Below are positions 13,717 to 25,951 of a stretch of DNA of 64,000 nt, piece after piece. Location: the NCBI RefSeq assembly GCF_006345805.1, contig NC_043006.1:7874001-7938000 (forward strand), given 5' to 3'. The number at the start of each line of letters is the position of its first letter. Within the stretch, counting starts at the first letter, position 1. The notes under the pieces are model-generated. The model ran no database searches. It was not told where the DNA came from and saw only the letters and a list, made by a program, of their open reading frames with translations. The stretch comes from Octopus sinensis. Lineage: Eukaryota. A program made the position numbers and the translations under genes.

Positions 13717-14899
13717 ATCCTTCACGCGAGCATAACATCTCTAACGTAATGTCGATAGTTATTACTAGATGAGACTGTTTTTTCTTTTCATGTGCACTTT
13801 TAAATCGTCATTAGCCAGGCTATGATTCTGTTTTATACTTTTTTATACGTACTTTGAATATTTCAGAGAAAGAAGGGCACTCTCTAATTACTGAAAATGT
13901 TGTTCATATTCAATTTGAATATGTAAACTCGATGTCTGTAGAAAAATCATAGGCAACGATGGAATAAAAGATGCTTACTTTGGTGGGAAAAGAAATTAGC
14001 TTCGTGTTCAGTTTAAGATCCGGGCTGAAAGGCAATCAGCATAATGAGAGTATGTCGGACGGGGTATTGAATGGGCTGAGAAGAGGTAGAGTGTCATCAT
14101 CTAGTTCACAGAATCAGCGATCATTGCCAAAGTAAGAAACGGGATGCAAAGAGACATTATCAATACATGAATGTTGGTGATTGGACAAACTTGTTCCACA
14201 TGTAGTTCATGATGGTTCTCTAAGTATATATCAATATTATTCTAGCAGATCAATAATGTTCCAGGTATTTTAGCAGTAGTTCAACATCTGCAATCATGTC
14301 TACAGTGTTTCAAATATGTATATATCTTTTTAGAAAACCATAACTGCTTTTCCTTCTATATATTCTCGACAGATTTGTCAAAACTTTATTTTTATATGTT
14401 ATATCAATTTCCTTAGATCTAAAATAAACAGTTAATCAAAACAGAAATTTTAGGTTTTTTTATAAGATATGTCATCGATGCTGGAAAGATTATTTTTTTT
14501 ATGGCATGATGTTTTATTACTTTTACTTTATCAATTCTCAGCGGAGATTTAAATTATGTTTATCCTCATCATCATTGTCGTCATCATTGTCGTCGCCGTC
14601 ATCATCATCATCATTAATTATTGTCTTTTTTTAAATACAGTTTTGCATATGTGACTTAACCTGTGCACTTACTTGGTACCAAGCCTCTTCCTCTGAATTC
14701 AGATACATATGAACTTTCTTACGATTCTCCCTGGCCCTAATGAACAAACTTCTTGTGTAATGTTATATTGACTTCAATCCTCATCTTCACCGATCTTTCC
14801 AGTCTCATGGAAACTGTATCGACTGACCGTACAGTAGTAGTAGTAGTAGTAGTAGTAGTTAGTAGTAGTAGTAGTAGTAGTAGTAGCAGTAGTAGTAGG

Positions 14900-15830
14900 T
14901 ATTTGTAAGTTTGTTCCTGCTCAAGTTCTCTTATAACTATGTCATCATCTAATACCACTGAATATAAGGTTTTCAATTTCCCTTTCTGGAGAGTGGCCTT
15001 AACACATTTATCAAGACCAGATTCCATCCCGATGTCATCAGGGAATGCCACAGTTGATATTAATATTGATTTCAGTCAGAACCCCCTTAGTGTGGTATAA
15101 TTAGAGCTTCATATTCAACGCTGACATGTGCTTCAGAAAGTTGGAAATCACATGAGAAATTCCGAAGATATCCAGCGATTTCAAGATCCATGAAGGAGGT
15201 ATGCTGTCAAAGGCCGTTTTATAATCAATCCATGCGGAATTGAGATTCCTGCGTTTGTAATAACAGCTCCTAAGTATCAGGCGATTTATTAGGGGTTGAT
15301 CTTTGCACCCATATGAGCCCCGTCAGCACCCTTTTTGTTCAGTAGGGAAATTATCGTTCCGTTTCAACTGCATGTGTTTTCTCCACTAGGATGGATGTTA
15401 AAATTGAATACTAGGTACACAGACAGGTTACAGGCCGATAGTTTTGCAGAAATTTGGTTTCGTTATTCTTTGGAAGTAGATAAGGAATATCACTTGCTAA
15501 CCAATCAGATGTTTTCTTAGAATCTTTCATAATTTCATTGAATAACTGATCTAACTTTCCATCTGCGCACGGGGGCGATGTGAACCAGAAATTATCAGAT
15601 GATTTCTAATTATGAGCTTTCGTGAGTGTCATCTTTTGATCAGTTGTTGTGATGTCTTCCATACTTGTTCTGCTTAATTTTTAGCAGAGTCCTTCTCTGC
15701 GTCTAATCCAGTCTGCATGTTTTCATCGTATGCTTTTTCATCACTCCAAATATTTTTCCAAACGTTTTTAACTTCTTCTATGGAAGGGCGGTCTTCAACG
15801 GTTGTTTTCTCCTTCCCGATTTCTCTGTGG
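14900..15830 (-). mobile_element. R4/Dong-like LINE RT fragment, internally deleted, disrupted
   Basis: FHREIGKEKTTVEDRPS; GSYGCKDQ; AWIDYKTAFDSIP; FPDDIGMESGLDKC..YKYL; abuts a (TAG)n array at 14830-14898. Confidence 0.85.
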
Positions 15831-15857
15831 AATAGTTGTTGTTGCTGTTGTTGTTAC

Positions 15858-16060
15858 TGAGAGTAAAGCATGCTATCAAAGTGGCACTGGGGTACAAATA
15901 TATGAAGTCCAATATAGCCAGCATGACTCCCAGTCTGATAATGGTACACCGGCCACATGCATCATAACCATATGTGCACAACATGGTGATTTCATATCAA
16001 GATAAATATCACATGACCTTGCAGGCCTAGTTGGAACTTTCTTCAGGTCGAGCAGCCCAT
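15858..16060 (-). mobile_element. 3' part of the 527-bp TAA-tailed non-coding element
   Basis: Matches the reverse complement of the 3' part of 59601-60127; (TTG)n tail. Confidence 0.8.
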
Positions 16061-17425
16061 TTGCTATTGCAGCGGTCTTCTAGCACAGTTCTACCTGCAT
16101 CATTCCTCTTCATCAATTAATTTTAGGTAGGTACAGACGATCAACATCTGCTTTTGGGTGGTGCATGTTCTTAGAAGTCAGTATTATTTTTGTTTTCCTG
16201 TCCAGACGCTGGAGCTCCATAAAATTTCAGCTAATGATGTTAAAACTATATTGGACTACTGGGAGTGCTTCGATGCGATTTTTAGAATTTAGTTCAGTTT
16301 TTAAAATGAGTCTTATTCTCCTGTAATATTCCTTTCTTATTTTCCCCTTCATAGTAGCATGTTGTATACCATCTCCTTCGTTTATTCCTAGGTATTTGTA
16401 ATTTTATTGTTGGTCAAGGCCCTTGATGGTAGCGTCGGTATCTAATTTAATGGAAGTTGTTTGCTGAGCTTGCCTCTTACAAAAGTTGCTTTAGCACACT
16501 TATCAAGGCCAAAGTCCATCCCGATGTCATTACTGAATTCCTTAACAGTTGTTATAGCAGCCTCACTAGCTCTTCGTCATTTCTAGCAAACAGCTTCAGA
16601 GTGTCCATATAAATTACATGGTTTATTGTCGTATTGTAAACTTTGAACTCGTACCTGGTGCTATTTAGTTCGTTTGAGAGTGGGATCAGTACCATGCAAA
16701 AGAGTAATGAGGAGAAGGAGTCACCTTGAAAGATGCCTGGAAAAGATGCTACCTTAAAAGAATTTGCAGATGATAGGAGAGATCTTATATATTTCAAGGG
16801 CCTTTTGTATCCAATTATGTGGGAGACTATCAAACGCTTTCCTGTAGTCCATCCATGCCATACTCACGTTCTTCTTGTTGTTCCGGCAATTCTCTACAAT
16901 CATTTTACTTATGAGTTATTGATCTTTGCACCCATAAGAATTCCTTTTACAGCTCTTTTGAGCTTGTAGGAGAATAGATCTCAGTTCAAGGAAAGCGTAT
17001 ATCCTGTCAGTTAATATGGATGTGAGGATCTTGTAGGTAGTGTTGAAGCATGTTATTGGTCAGTAGTTCTTTGGATTTTTGTGTCTTCAGTTTTTGGTAG
17101 ACATTATGTTGTTCATAGAAGGTATGTTGTTCAATTTCCCTATAAAATCTCTTTGCATTCGTCTTGATTATCTTGTTTTGTCGATAAAATTTGATTCTTT
17201 TGTCATATCTTCTAAGCTGTTGGAATTTCGGTTGTATTCGTTGTTTCAATTGTTCCTTGGTTGTAGGGGGGGGGGGTTATAAAATAACTGCTTTTGTATT
17301 TTTGCTTGATTTTTCTAGCTCGTTTCGTCTTAACTTTTACTCCTCTACCAAGCTCGTCGAGAACTGATACATCTGCCCGCAGAGATTCGATCTCTTTTTG
17401 TACTGCTACTTTCCTCTTGGCAGGT
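16061..17425 (-). mobile_element. Second R4/Dong-like LINE RT fragment
   Basis: RRYDKRIKFYRQNK; AWMDYRKAFDSLPH; GIFQGDSFSSLLF; YMDT (YMDD-like); DIGMDFGLDKC; NMHHPKADVDRLYLP. Confidence 0.9.
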
Positions 17426-18247
17426 CTATCGACATGGTTGGTTCTGCTCATTGTCTGCCGCGTCTTCTGATACTTGATCAAAAGTGCACTAGGCTGATAA
17501 CAACACTGGTAAATCTGACATTGTTTGATGCAGATAGAAATGGTTTCCTTGAACGTTTGATAAGCCAGGATGAGTGTTGGTTTCATCACTATGAGCCAGA
17601 GACAAGGAGGCAATATATGCAGTGGAGACTCTCCTCTTCGCCTGCTCCAAAGAAGGCCAAGGTCGTTTCATCTGCAGGGAAGATGATGGTTTCCGTTTTT
17701 GGGATGCAAAAGGCATTGTGTTTATTAACTATCTTCAAATGGGCTACTCAATTAGAGGAGATTACGATGTCAACTTAGTGAGGCAATTACGAATGGCTAT
17801 GAAGAGCAAACGCCCAGAACAACTGATGAAAGGGGTCTTGTTTCATCAATACAATTCTCTAGCATACAAGTCCTTGGTTTCAATGGTTGGTGTGACTGTG
17901 GCTTTGATCTGGTCGATCGTCATCCCTATCCACCTGATTTGGCCCCATCTGACTACCATCTGTTCGCTAACATGAGAAAACACTTGGTTCAGAACCAGTA
18001 TCACAATGATGGTGACATCATATCTACTGTTGATGACATTTTTCTTACCAAGAGGAAGAAAGGTTTTCACCGATTGGATCGAAGCACTGCAACACAGATA
18101 GAAGTGTTGTATGTGTGTGTGTGTGTTTGTGTGTGCGTGCGTGTGTGCGTGTGTACCGCAAATGGGACTAGTTGAAAAATAAATTTTATTTGGTCACATT
18201 CCATCAGAGTGTCTTGGTCAACCTATGAACTTTTCAACCTACCCTTG
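17426..18247 (+). mobile_element. Mariner (DD34D-type) transposon, 5'-truncated, frameshifted
   Basis: LISQDECWFHHYEPETRRQYMQW..PKKAK; LAPSDYHLF; right TIR ...AACTTTTCAACCTACCCTTG|TA. Confidence 0.92.
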
Positions 18248-18281
18248 TATCTCTTCCATTACTCTCAAACAGGGTATTTCA

Positions 18282-18581
18282 GAAAATAATAGTTATCGCC
18301 ATACCAATATGGCATTCTTATAAAAATAAGAAAAAAGCTGTCCGCTTATTAGCTCCATGAGGCCATCGCCTTAAGTTAGCTATTTGATACACAAACTGTA
18401 TCCATATAACCTTCGAACAAGGGAGGTCAGTCGCTCCACACTACTTGACCGGCAGCTACAGACACAGTTTGTGTATCAAATAGCTAACTTAAGGCGATGG
18501 CCTCATGGAGCTAATAAGCGGACAGCTTTTTTCTTATTTTTATAAGAATGCCATATTAGTATGGCGATAACTATTATTTTC
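18282..18581. repeat. Long inverted repeat, 118-bp arms, 64-nt spacer
   Basis: 18282-18399 is the reverse complement of 18464-18581 with one mismatch. Confidence 0.95.
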
Positions 18582-18936
18582 CGGGAACGCTGCCGCTGTT
18601 CTCTTTTAGAGAGACTTAGTTATTTTAATATTTCTATTAGTGTATTTCAGAGCTATCACTTATTGCCTCTAAACTCTTCAATAACTCTTTCTGTGTGTGT
18701 ATGTGTGTGTGTGTGTGTGTGTGTATGTGTGTGTTTATGCGTGCGTGTGTTTATATGTGTGTCTGTGTGTGTGTGCGTGTGTGTGTGCAAGTGAAGGAAA
18801 CGTTGTTGAACCTTACCTTAAATATGGACTGTAGGAAAGTAAACCTCTCACGATCTCCGCAATGTTACACCTTACCATCATCACTGAGGATCTAAACTGG
18901 CGAACAGGAAACCTCAAGGCACAGGAACTAATCACA

Positions 18937-19036
18937 GGTAAGTTCGCCGCCATCAATTCGCCGCAAGGAAAGGTCACAGCTATCCACCGTAACGAAAATT
19001 CACAGTGAGGAAAGTTCGCGGCGGGAAAAGTTTACC
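18937..19036. mobile_element. Possible ~100-bp MULE-like mini-element
   Basis: Imperfect TIRs GGTAAGTTCGCCGC / GCGGCGGGAAAAGTTTACC; internal TTCGCCGC subrepeats; no TSD seen. Confidence 0.35.
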
Positions 19037-19564
19037 GAAAAAAATATATCCATAGTATCATTTTTTCATTTAGCATTTATAGCTAAAATAACTTCTCACT
19101 CTCTGCAAATCTTTTATGAGAGTCAAAATGGAACAGTACTCCCAGAAACAGGATGGCCCTACTGGTACGAGCAGAGATTCCTAAACCGCAAGCTACTAGT
19201 CTGACTGACATGATGTCCCCCACCAAACTTTAAGTTTACAAAGTACAAGTCCACTCTTACTTTTTATTTTTCTACCACAACTACAGTGGTCCATGCTTCT
19301 CGGATCTGGTTGCTCTCGTGTCTCACCTCAGACCAACGTCTTTTGCACTCCCCTCTCCCCCATTTTACGTCTAACACCCAATTCTGCGCCTGCTCCAACT
19401 GCCTACTTGCAACAGTTTAAACAGAATGTTACCAGCGACAGAATCACCGGAAATCATGAGTACACGCTCCTTCCTCTAGAGCTGAACAATAAGAGAAAAG
19501 TTACCATCTATTTACGTTTCTTTTTGTTTTTTTTTTTCTTTCTAAAATAAATGTTGTGGATATA

Positions 19565-19796
19565 ATGCGGTGAGCTGGCAGAAACGTTAGCAAGCCGGGC
19601 GAAATGCGTAGCCGTATTTCGTCTGCCGCTACGTTCTGAGTTCAAATTCCGCAGAGGTCGACTTTGCCTTTAATCCTTCTGGGGTCGATTAAATAAGTAC
19701 CAGTTAGGCACTGGGGGTCGATATAATCAACTTAATCCGTTTGTCTGTCCTTGTTTGTCCTCTCTGTGTTTAACCCCTTGTGGGCAATAAAGAAAT
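19565..19796 (+). mobile_element. tRNA-derived SINE (main family), full monomer
   Basis: 19-bp TSD AATAAATGTTGTGGATATA at 19546-19564 and 19797-19815. Confidence 0.95.
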
Positions 19797-20334
19797 AATA
19801 AATGTTGTGGATATATTTAGAATTAGTTCTCAGATTTAAATATATAATCAGTTTGTTACTACTAAGTACATCATTTCTTATTCATGGGCATTGTTAGTGA
19901 AATAGTTGACTTCATACAATTTCAGTTTTCGCCGTATATCAACAATACGAGTGAACCATAATTCTAGTTTTTGCATTTTTTATTGTAACGATTGCTCTGG
20001 CATGCTTTATAGTATCAATATTCAGAACGGAGTATTGTCAAAAACACTACAGCACTCAAATAACGCCTTGTGCTATTGAATTTCATTTTTCTACATTCTG
20101 TATTTTAATATTGCACTCTGCCTCTAACCATTTCAGACTAGCACTGATTGAATATCAGGATCGATACTATGTGTATTTGCTTAGTACGTGATCAAAACAA
20201 ATCAATACAATATTCTTCCAGCAGAAACGATAGAATATCAAATTAACTATTTTACATCATTTAATTTCGTTCTTCTTAAGTTCAAATCCCATCAGAGTTG
20301 ATTTTTGAATTTTATCTCTCTGTGGTTAATTATG

Positions 20335-20475
20335 TATGTATGTATGTATGTATGTAGTATGTATGTATGTATGTATGTATATATGTATGTACGTATGTAT
20401 GTATGTATGTATGTATGTATGTATGTACGTATGTATGTATGTATGTATGTATGTATGTATGTATGTATGTATGAT
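20335..20475. repeat. (TATG)n microsatellite
   Basis: Visible repeats. Confidence 0.95.
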
Positions 20476-20899
20476 TAATATATTGAAGTAGATTCAGTGA
20501 ACTTTATATATCTATTTCTAAACACTATATTTGAGCATAATCAAAATATATTTATATCATGTTGCTACAATCAAAAGAAACCTATTTTTATCAGTATATT
20601 ATGCAGCCCAATATTTTATCAACTCTGTAGAAACCATCTTAAAGTCATCCCGCTTAACTGATTTTTAACATTCCGTTTTATCTGTGCAATGAACTAATTG
20701 TTGAAGCGTATAATAGATTACATAGTTTGTCAATGAAATGAAATGTTAACAAATGGCAAAAGAAGAAAGGAGCCTGCGTCATTCCAAAATATAAGAAATA
20801 CTTATTAAATCTAATAAATGAATCTAAACAAAAGTTCTGTAATAATTCAAATTGTGGCAATTTCAATTATATTCTTCCGACTATTTTTAAATCAAAGCT

Positions 20900-21115
20900 G
20901 TCTCGGAAGCTGATTGGCAAACATGTTAGAGCGTTGGGAAAAAATTTATTGCAGTGTCTTTTCCGGATCATTACGGTCTGAGTTCGTCTACCGCTTCGCT
21001 CAGCTTTGCCTTTCATCCCTTCGGAGCTGATGAAATAAAGTACCAGTTAAGTACTGAGATCGCGTAATATAGATTTACCTCTACGTGCAAAATTATTAGC
21101 GTTGTTCCCAAAATA
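20900..21115 (+). mobile_element. Degenerate SINE
   Basis: CTTTGCCTTTCATCCCTTCGGAG..TAAAGTACCAG core remnant. Confidence 0.65.
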
Positions 21116-21674
21116 TAAAAAAAAAACATTAATATTATTATTACCAGTAGTCTTATAATCTGTTGCTTAGTCAAATCGGGCCATGATTAAAAATTAATAT
21201 AATCATGATCACATTTTGATGCTTTCATCACCATTTCGCCTTTTTTCCTTCATCTAATATTATACTGTTCACATTGCTCTTCCTGTGTGAAGACGGTGGG
21301 CTCAATTTTGATGGCTATCTAAATACTACTTCTAGGTGGCCAAGAGACTCCATGAAGTATCACGTCAGTTCACATGATATAGTGGAGGCCCTCCGGTTGT
21401 TATTTTATATACCTATGTGGACAATATGTTAAACCACAGAACAAATTGCCTGTAAATCATGTTTTATAGCAATCCCTGTGCAATAACTGCTCTTAACTAT
21501 ATGTGGTTCATGCAGAGGACATGCTTGGGAAAATTTCGATTGTCGTACATAGATGTGACTAAGTCTATGTCTACAACTAAGTCTACATCCCGCTGTACAG
21601 CGGGAACAGTGTATAGTAAGATTAATGGCTCAACGACTACGAATACGGAAGTCAAACAAATGGCTAAGTTACAA

Positions 21675-22460
21675 GGAAACCTGGTGTCAAATTAATAACA
21701 CAAGGCAAGGAATGCTGACAACTAATTAATTGCCCAGTACACAAAATGCTGACATCAAATTAATAGGCCAAGACAAAGAATGCTGACGTCAAATTCATGG
21801 CGCAGAGATTAGGAATACTTACGTTAAGTTTGTGACTCAAGGATAAGGATTACTGGCGTCAAATTAATAACACAATGATAACTAAGAATGCTGACAACAA
21901 TGGTGGCGAGCTGGCAGAAACGTTAGCACGCCGGGCGAAATGCTGTCGACTTTGCCTTTCATCCTTTCGGGGTCGATAAATTAAGTACCAGTTACGTACT
22001 GGGGTCGACATAATCGACTTAATCCGTTTGTCTGTCCTTGTTTGTCCTCCTCTATGTTTAGCCCCTTGTGGGTAGTAAAGAAATGGGTATTTCGTCTGCC
22101 ACTATGTTCTGAGTTCAAATTCTGCCGAGGTCGAATTTGCCTTTCATCCTTTCGGGGTCGATTAAATAAGTACCAGTTACGCACTGGGGTCGATATAATC
22201 GACTTAATCCGTTTGTCTGTCGTTGTTTGTCCCCTCTGTATTTAGCCCGTTGTGGGTAGTAAAGAAATAAGAATGCTGACATCAAAGTAATGGCTCAGTG
22301 ATAAGAAATGCTGAAAGTAAATTCATAGCGCAATAACTAGGTATGATAACGTCGAATTAATGGTGAAATACCTAGGAAGCCTGAAGTCAAGTTTATGGCT
22401 CAAAGACAAGAATGTTGACGTCAAATTAATGGCTTGTGATAGGGAATGTTCACATCAAAT
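21675..22460. repeat. Degenerate ~35-bp minisatellite (about 12-13 units) interrupted by a SINE
   Basis: Recurring GAATGCTGAC(A/G)TCAAATTAAT followed by ~14 variable nt. Confidence 0.85.
21897..22268 (+). mobile_element. tRNA-derived SINE (main family), dimeric copy
   Basis: 13-bp TSD AAGAATGCTGACA at 21884-21896 and 22269-22281; first unit has an internal deletion. Confidence 0.95.
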
Positions 22461-23880
22461 CCCAAAAAAAGAAAACAACTGGGGGAATGTCACAGGAAGT
22501 TTCTATAACAAAATGCAGCTTCAGACTAGAGTTGTTAATAGTCTCTGACAGCTTTCTAATGGTATCATGGCTATTATACAACAGTTTATTTTACATAAAA
22601 TTCAACGATTACAGGTAAGGAATTGCCATATACCATTCTGGACGTAAAGCCAATTAGAAGATCAATCAGAAACTGATTATAGCTTAACAGTTTAGCTTTC
22701 ATGGTGATGGAATAAATAATCTTCCATTGTAGCCGAGAACAAATATTGTAGACGACATATTTAAAAATGCAAGCTATTAAAAAAATCATTGTTCTATGAA
22801 AAGAACAAAAATGCTTTCAAAATTGAGAGCAAAAATATATTCATTTTAAAAGAAAACACTAAATAAAGAATAAAATGTATTAAAATTATCTATTTTCTGT
22901 CGATGTATACATCATGTTTGCAGATACACATATATCTATGTGTCTGTGTGCGTGTGCATATGTTTCTGTTTGATGTGTATACATTTATGCATCTTTTTGA
23001 TTGTATCTATCTATTTCCTTCTATAAATATGGAAATATAATGTAAATATAAACATTTTTTAAACTATGAACATTATTGATTGAAAGTTAAGTAGGGGTAA
23101 ATTGGGAAAATTAGCAAATAATTGCTCTTATCTTGGCCAACTAAAAATAACTAGCTAAATTTACGTTGGTTTTTATAAATTATAAAACAAATATTAGGAT
23201 TCCAGCTAAAACTGTTTTCCTATAAATAGCTGAAACAGATATTTAAACTCGGGTCACTTCTTTGAAACGTTTGAGTTCATAATTCACTTCAAAACAGTTC
23301 TAGCTAAAAAGGAATTAGACATTTATACGCTGTTCTTTAACCCAATTCTCCTCAAGTTACATACATGAAGCCACAGTAACTTAAAGACAACAGACAAAAT
23401 AGACAAATGTCACATAAATAACGAGTATGAGAAACAAACAGGAAATCCAAAAACAAAATCAATTAAGTGAATTTTTTTTTGAAAATCTAATAAGAATTTT
23501 ATTTTTCCAGTGGTAATTGTATAAGTTCAGATCGCAATTACAGATTCAAAGTAGCAACACGAAAATACGCACTTAATGAAATTGTTTTTGTTGTTTTATG
23601 TTTCAAGACAGGCTGTTATTATTATTTTTTTTATATTGTAAAATATTTTTCTGCGTATTTTAAATTAAACAATAAAATAAATTAATAAAATTGTGTAATA
23701 AATCAAATTTAAATGTCTTACAATATTAATGAAAATTCGGCTGAAATCATTGTTGCTGTATAGCCTCGGGTCAACCTTAATGAAGTACACCAAGCATGAA
23801 TGACGTTCCAGCTGTGACTATCCTATCTTTTACAATAAATCATAATATAGAATATCATATCTGGCATGTCCAACGTTAAT

Positions 23881-24040
23881 TAGGGAGCACTCCGTCGGTT
23901 ACGACGATGAGGGTCCCAGCTGATACGATCAACGGAACAGCTTGCTCGTGGAATTAACGTGCAAGTGGCTGAGCATTCCACAGACGCGATCCTACGACCG
24001 CGAGTCCGCTGCCCTAACCACTAGGCCATTGCGCCTCCAC
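23881..24040 (-). mobile_element. Second tRNA-derived SINE family, internally deleted
   Basis: Head GGAGGCGCAATGGCCTAGTGGTTAGGGCAGCGGACTCGCGG; TSD CCAACGTTAAT at 23870-23880 and 24041-24051; deletion at a CGCG microhomology relative to 25573-25951. Confidence 0.9.
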
Positions 24041-24545
24041 CCAACGTTAATAAGTATATAATAATAGATGCAACATTTTACAATGTGTTTGCGTGTGATT
24101 TGGCTGTTATTTTTAACAAGAGTCACTACGTAAAGAGGGACGCACTTTCGCTTCCTAATATAATTTATCCTTAATTATATTAAGCAACAGAAACGTTTCC
24201 CTCGTACAGTCATCGGTTGGGCTTCGATTTCTTCAAGATGGGCAGTTTTATGTGAATGACTCTTTATAAAGGCATAAACATCACATCCCATCACGACACA
24301 AAGTAAATATAAGCAGCAAAATCTCCTTCAAAACACACCTTGATATCTTACTAAATAATTGACAAATTATCAATTGCAGCGTGGAAGGTGTTTATAAGCC
24401 ATTTACAAATCACATAAAAAACCGTTAGATTCACTTCATCATTTAAATTTAATTTGTCAAAGTATTTTCGTCGCTTTGAGACCGCGACCTGTTGACTGAC
24501 AAAATTCCGTGCCGCATCTGAGAATTAGCAATGTTTTAGTTAAAA

Positions 24546-24943
24546 CTAGCAGTATCGCCCGGCGTTGCTCGGGTTTGTAAGGGAAATAACTATATAAGCA
24601 TTTTTAGAGATGTAAATTATAATAGCCATCTCAATATGGCTAACCACAAAGGTGGGGGGTGTTACTGTAGCTTTTTACGTTCTGAGATTTAATAATAAAT
24701 GTTTAGGGCGTTACTTCCCTTATATATGCCAAAAATGCAATAAAAATGGGAAAAATTAATGGTAACTTTTATTTAAAATCGTAGACTCATCGTAGACGCG
24801 CGCTAATACGCAGAAGGGCTCGATATGAATCACGACTATAAGATACCCGGTTTTGGTTAAACTACGCCGCAAAATGAGGGAGTAGTTAGGAATCTAAATC
24901 GTAGGAGACAGACAGCACACAACCTCACTTTTATATATAAAGA
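24546..24943 (-). mobile_element. Non-autonomous Helitron, 398 bp, alternative core
   Basis: Same TC/CTAG ends and hairpin; different ~100-bp internal segment. Confidence 0.9.
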
Positions 24944-25084
24944 TATTCTGGCAGAAATAAACGTAATTATGGCTGGAATGTATTTGATTATACATCCGTT
25001 TAATCAGAGAGTTTTAAACAAAAACAGCAACAACAATAATGATTGTTTCTACAAAAGGTACAAAACCTTTAATATTGGGGGAGG

Positions 25085-25455
25085 GGGCTAGTCGATTACA
25101 TTGACCCAAGTCCTCAGCTAGTACTTATTTCATCGAAAGCGAAATGATGAAAAGCAACGATGTTTTCGGTGGAATTTAAGCTCAGAACATAAAGACGGAC
25201 GAAATTCTGCTAAACGTTTTGTCCGGCGCGCAAATGACTCCCCGAACCCGCGACCTTAACAGCAACAATAATAATGCTTTCATATTTTGGCACAAGGCCA
25301 GCAATTTCAGTGATGGATGTAAATCGCTTACATCGACCCCAGTGTTCAATTTGTGCTTATTTTATTGACCTCGAAAGGATGAAAGGGAAAGTCGAACAAG
25401 GTGTAATGGCAATACAGAACGTGCAGCGCGCTAACGATTGTGCCACCTCGCCACC
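25085..25455 (-). mobile_element. Two tandem degenerate SINE copies
   Basis: Two GTCGATTACAT/ACATCGACCCCAGT core remnants with heads. Confidence 0.7.
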
Positions 25456-25572
25456 TTAACAACGATAACAGTAACAAAAACCACATCGGATTAAATGTAT
25501 TTAGTTTTGTCTCACTCAATTACGAGTCAGTAAAAAGAATCATTAATGTTCCATATCGGAACTGTTTACTGT

Positions 25573-25951
25573 CGAAGCACTCCGTCTATTACGACGACGA
25601 GTGTTCCGGTTGATCCGATCAACGGAACAGCCTGCTCGTGAAATTAACGTGTAAGTGGCTGAGCACTCCACAGACACGCGTACCCTTAACGTAGTTCTCG
25701 GGGATATTCAGCGTGACACAGAGAGTGACAAGGCCGGCCCTTTGAAATACAGGTACAACAGAAACAGGAAGTAAGAGTGAGAGAAAGTTGTGGTGAAAGA
25801 GTACAGCAGGGATCACCATTATCCCTGCCGGAGATCGTGGAGCTTTAGGTGTTTTCGCTCAATAAACACTCACAACGCCCGGTCTGGGAATCGAAACCGC
25901 GATCCTACGACCGCGAGTCCGCTGCCCTAACCATTGGGCCATTGCGCCTCC
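25573..25951 (-). mobile_element. Second tRNA-derived SINE family, full length
   Basis: tRNA-like head at 25890-25951; TSD ACTGTTTACTGT at 25561-25572 and 25952-25963. Confidence 0.92.

Noticed and set aside
21675-22460. CRISPR-like look of the minisatellite
   Set aside because: Eukaryotic DNA, degenerate repeats, ~14-nt variable parts related to each other, no cas genes
24188-24220. Minus-strand CCGATGA..GGAAACGTT hammerhead-like core
   Set aside because: Stem I does not pair and stem II is poor
25890-25951. tRNA gene-like sequences at SINE heads
   Set aside because: No complete acceptor stem; they continue into SINE bodies bounded by TSDs
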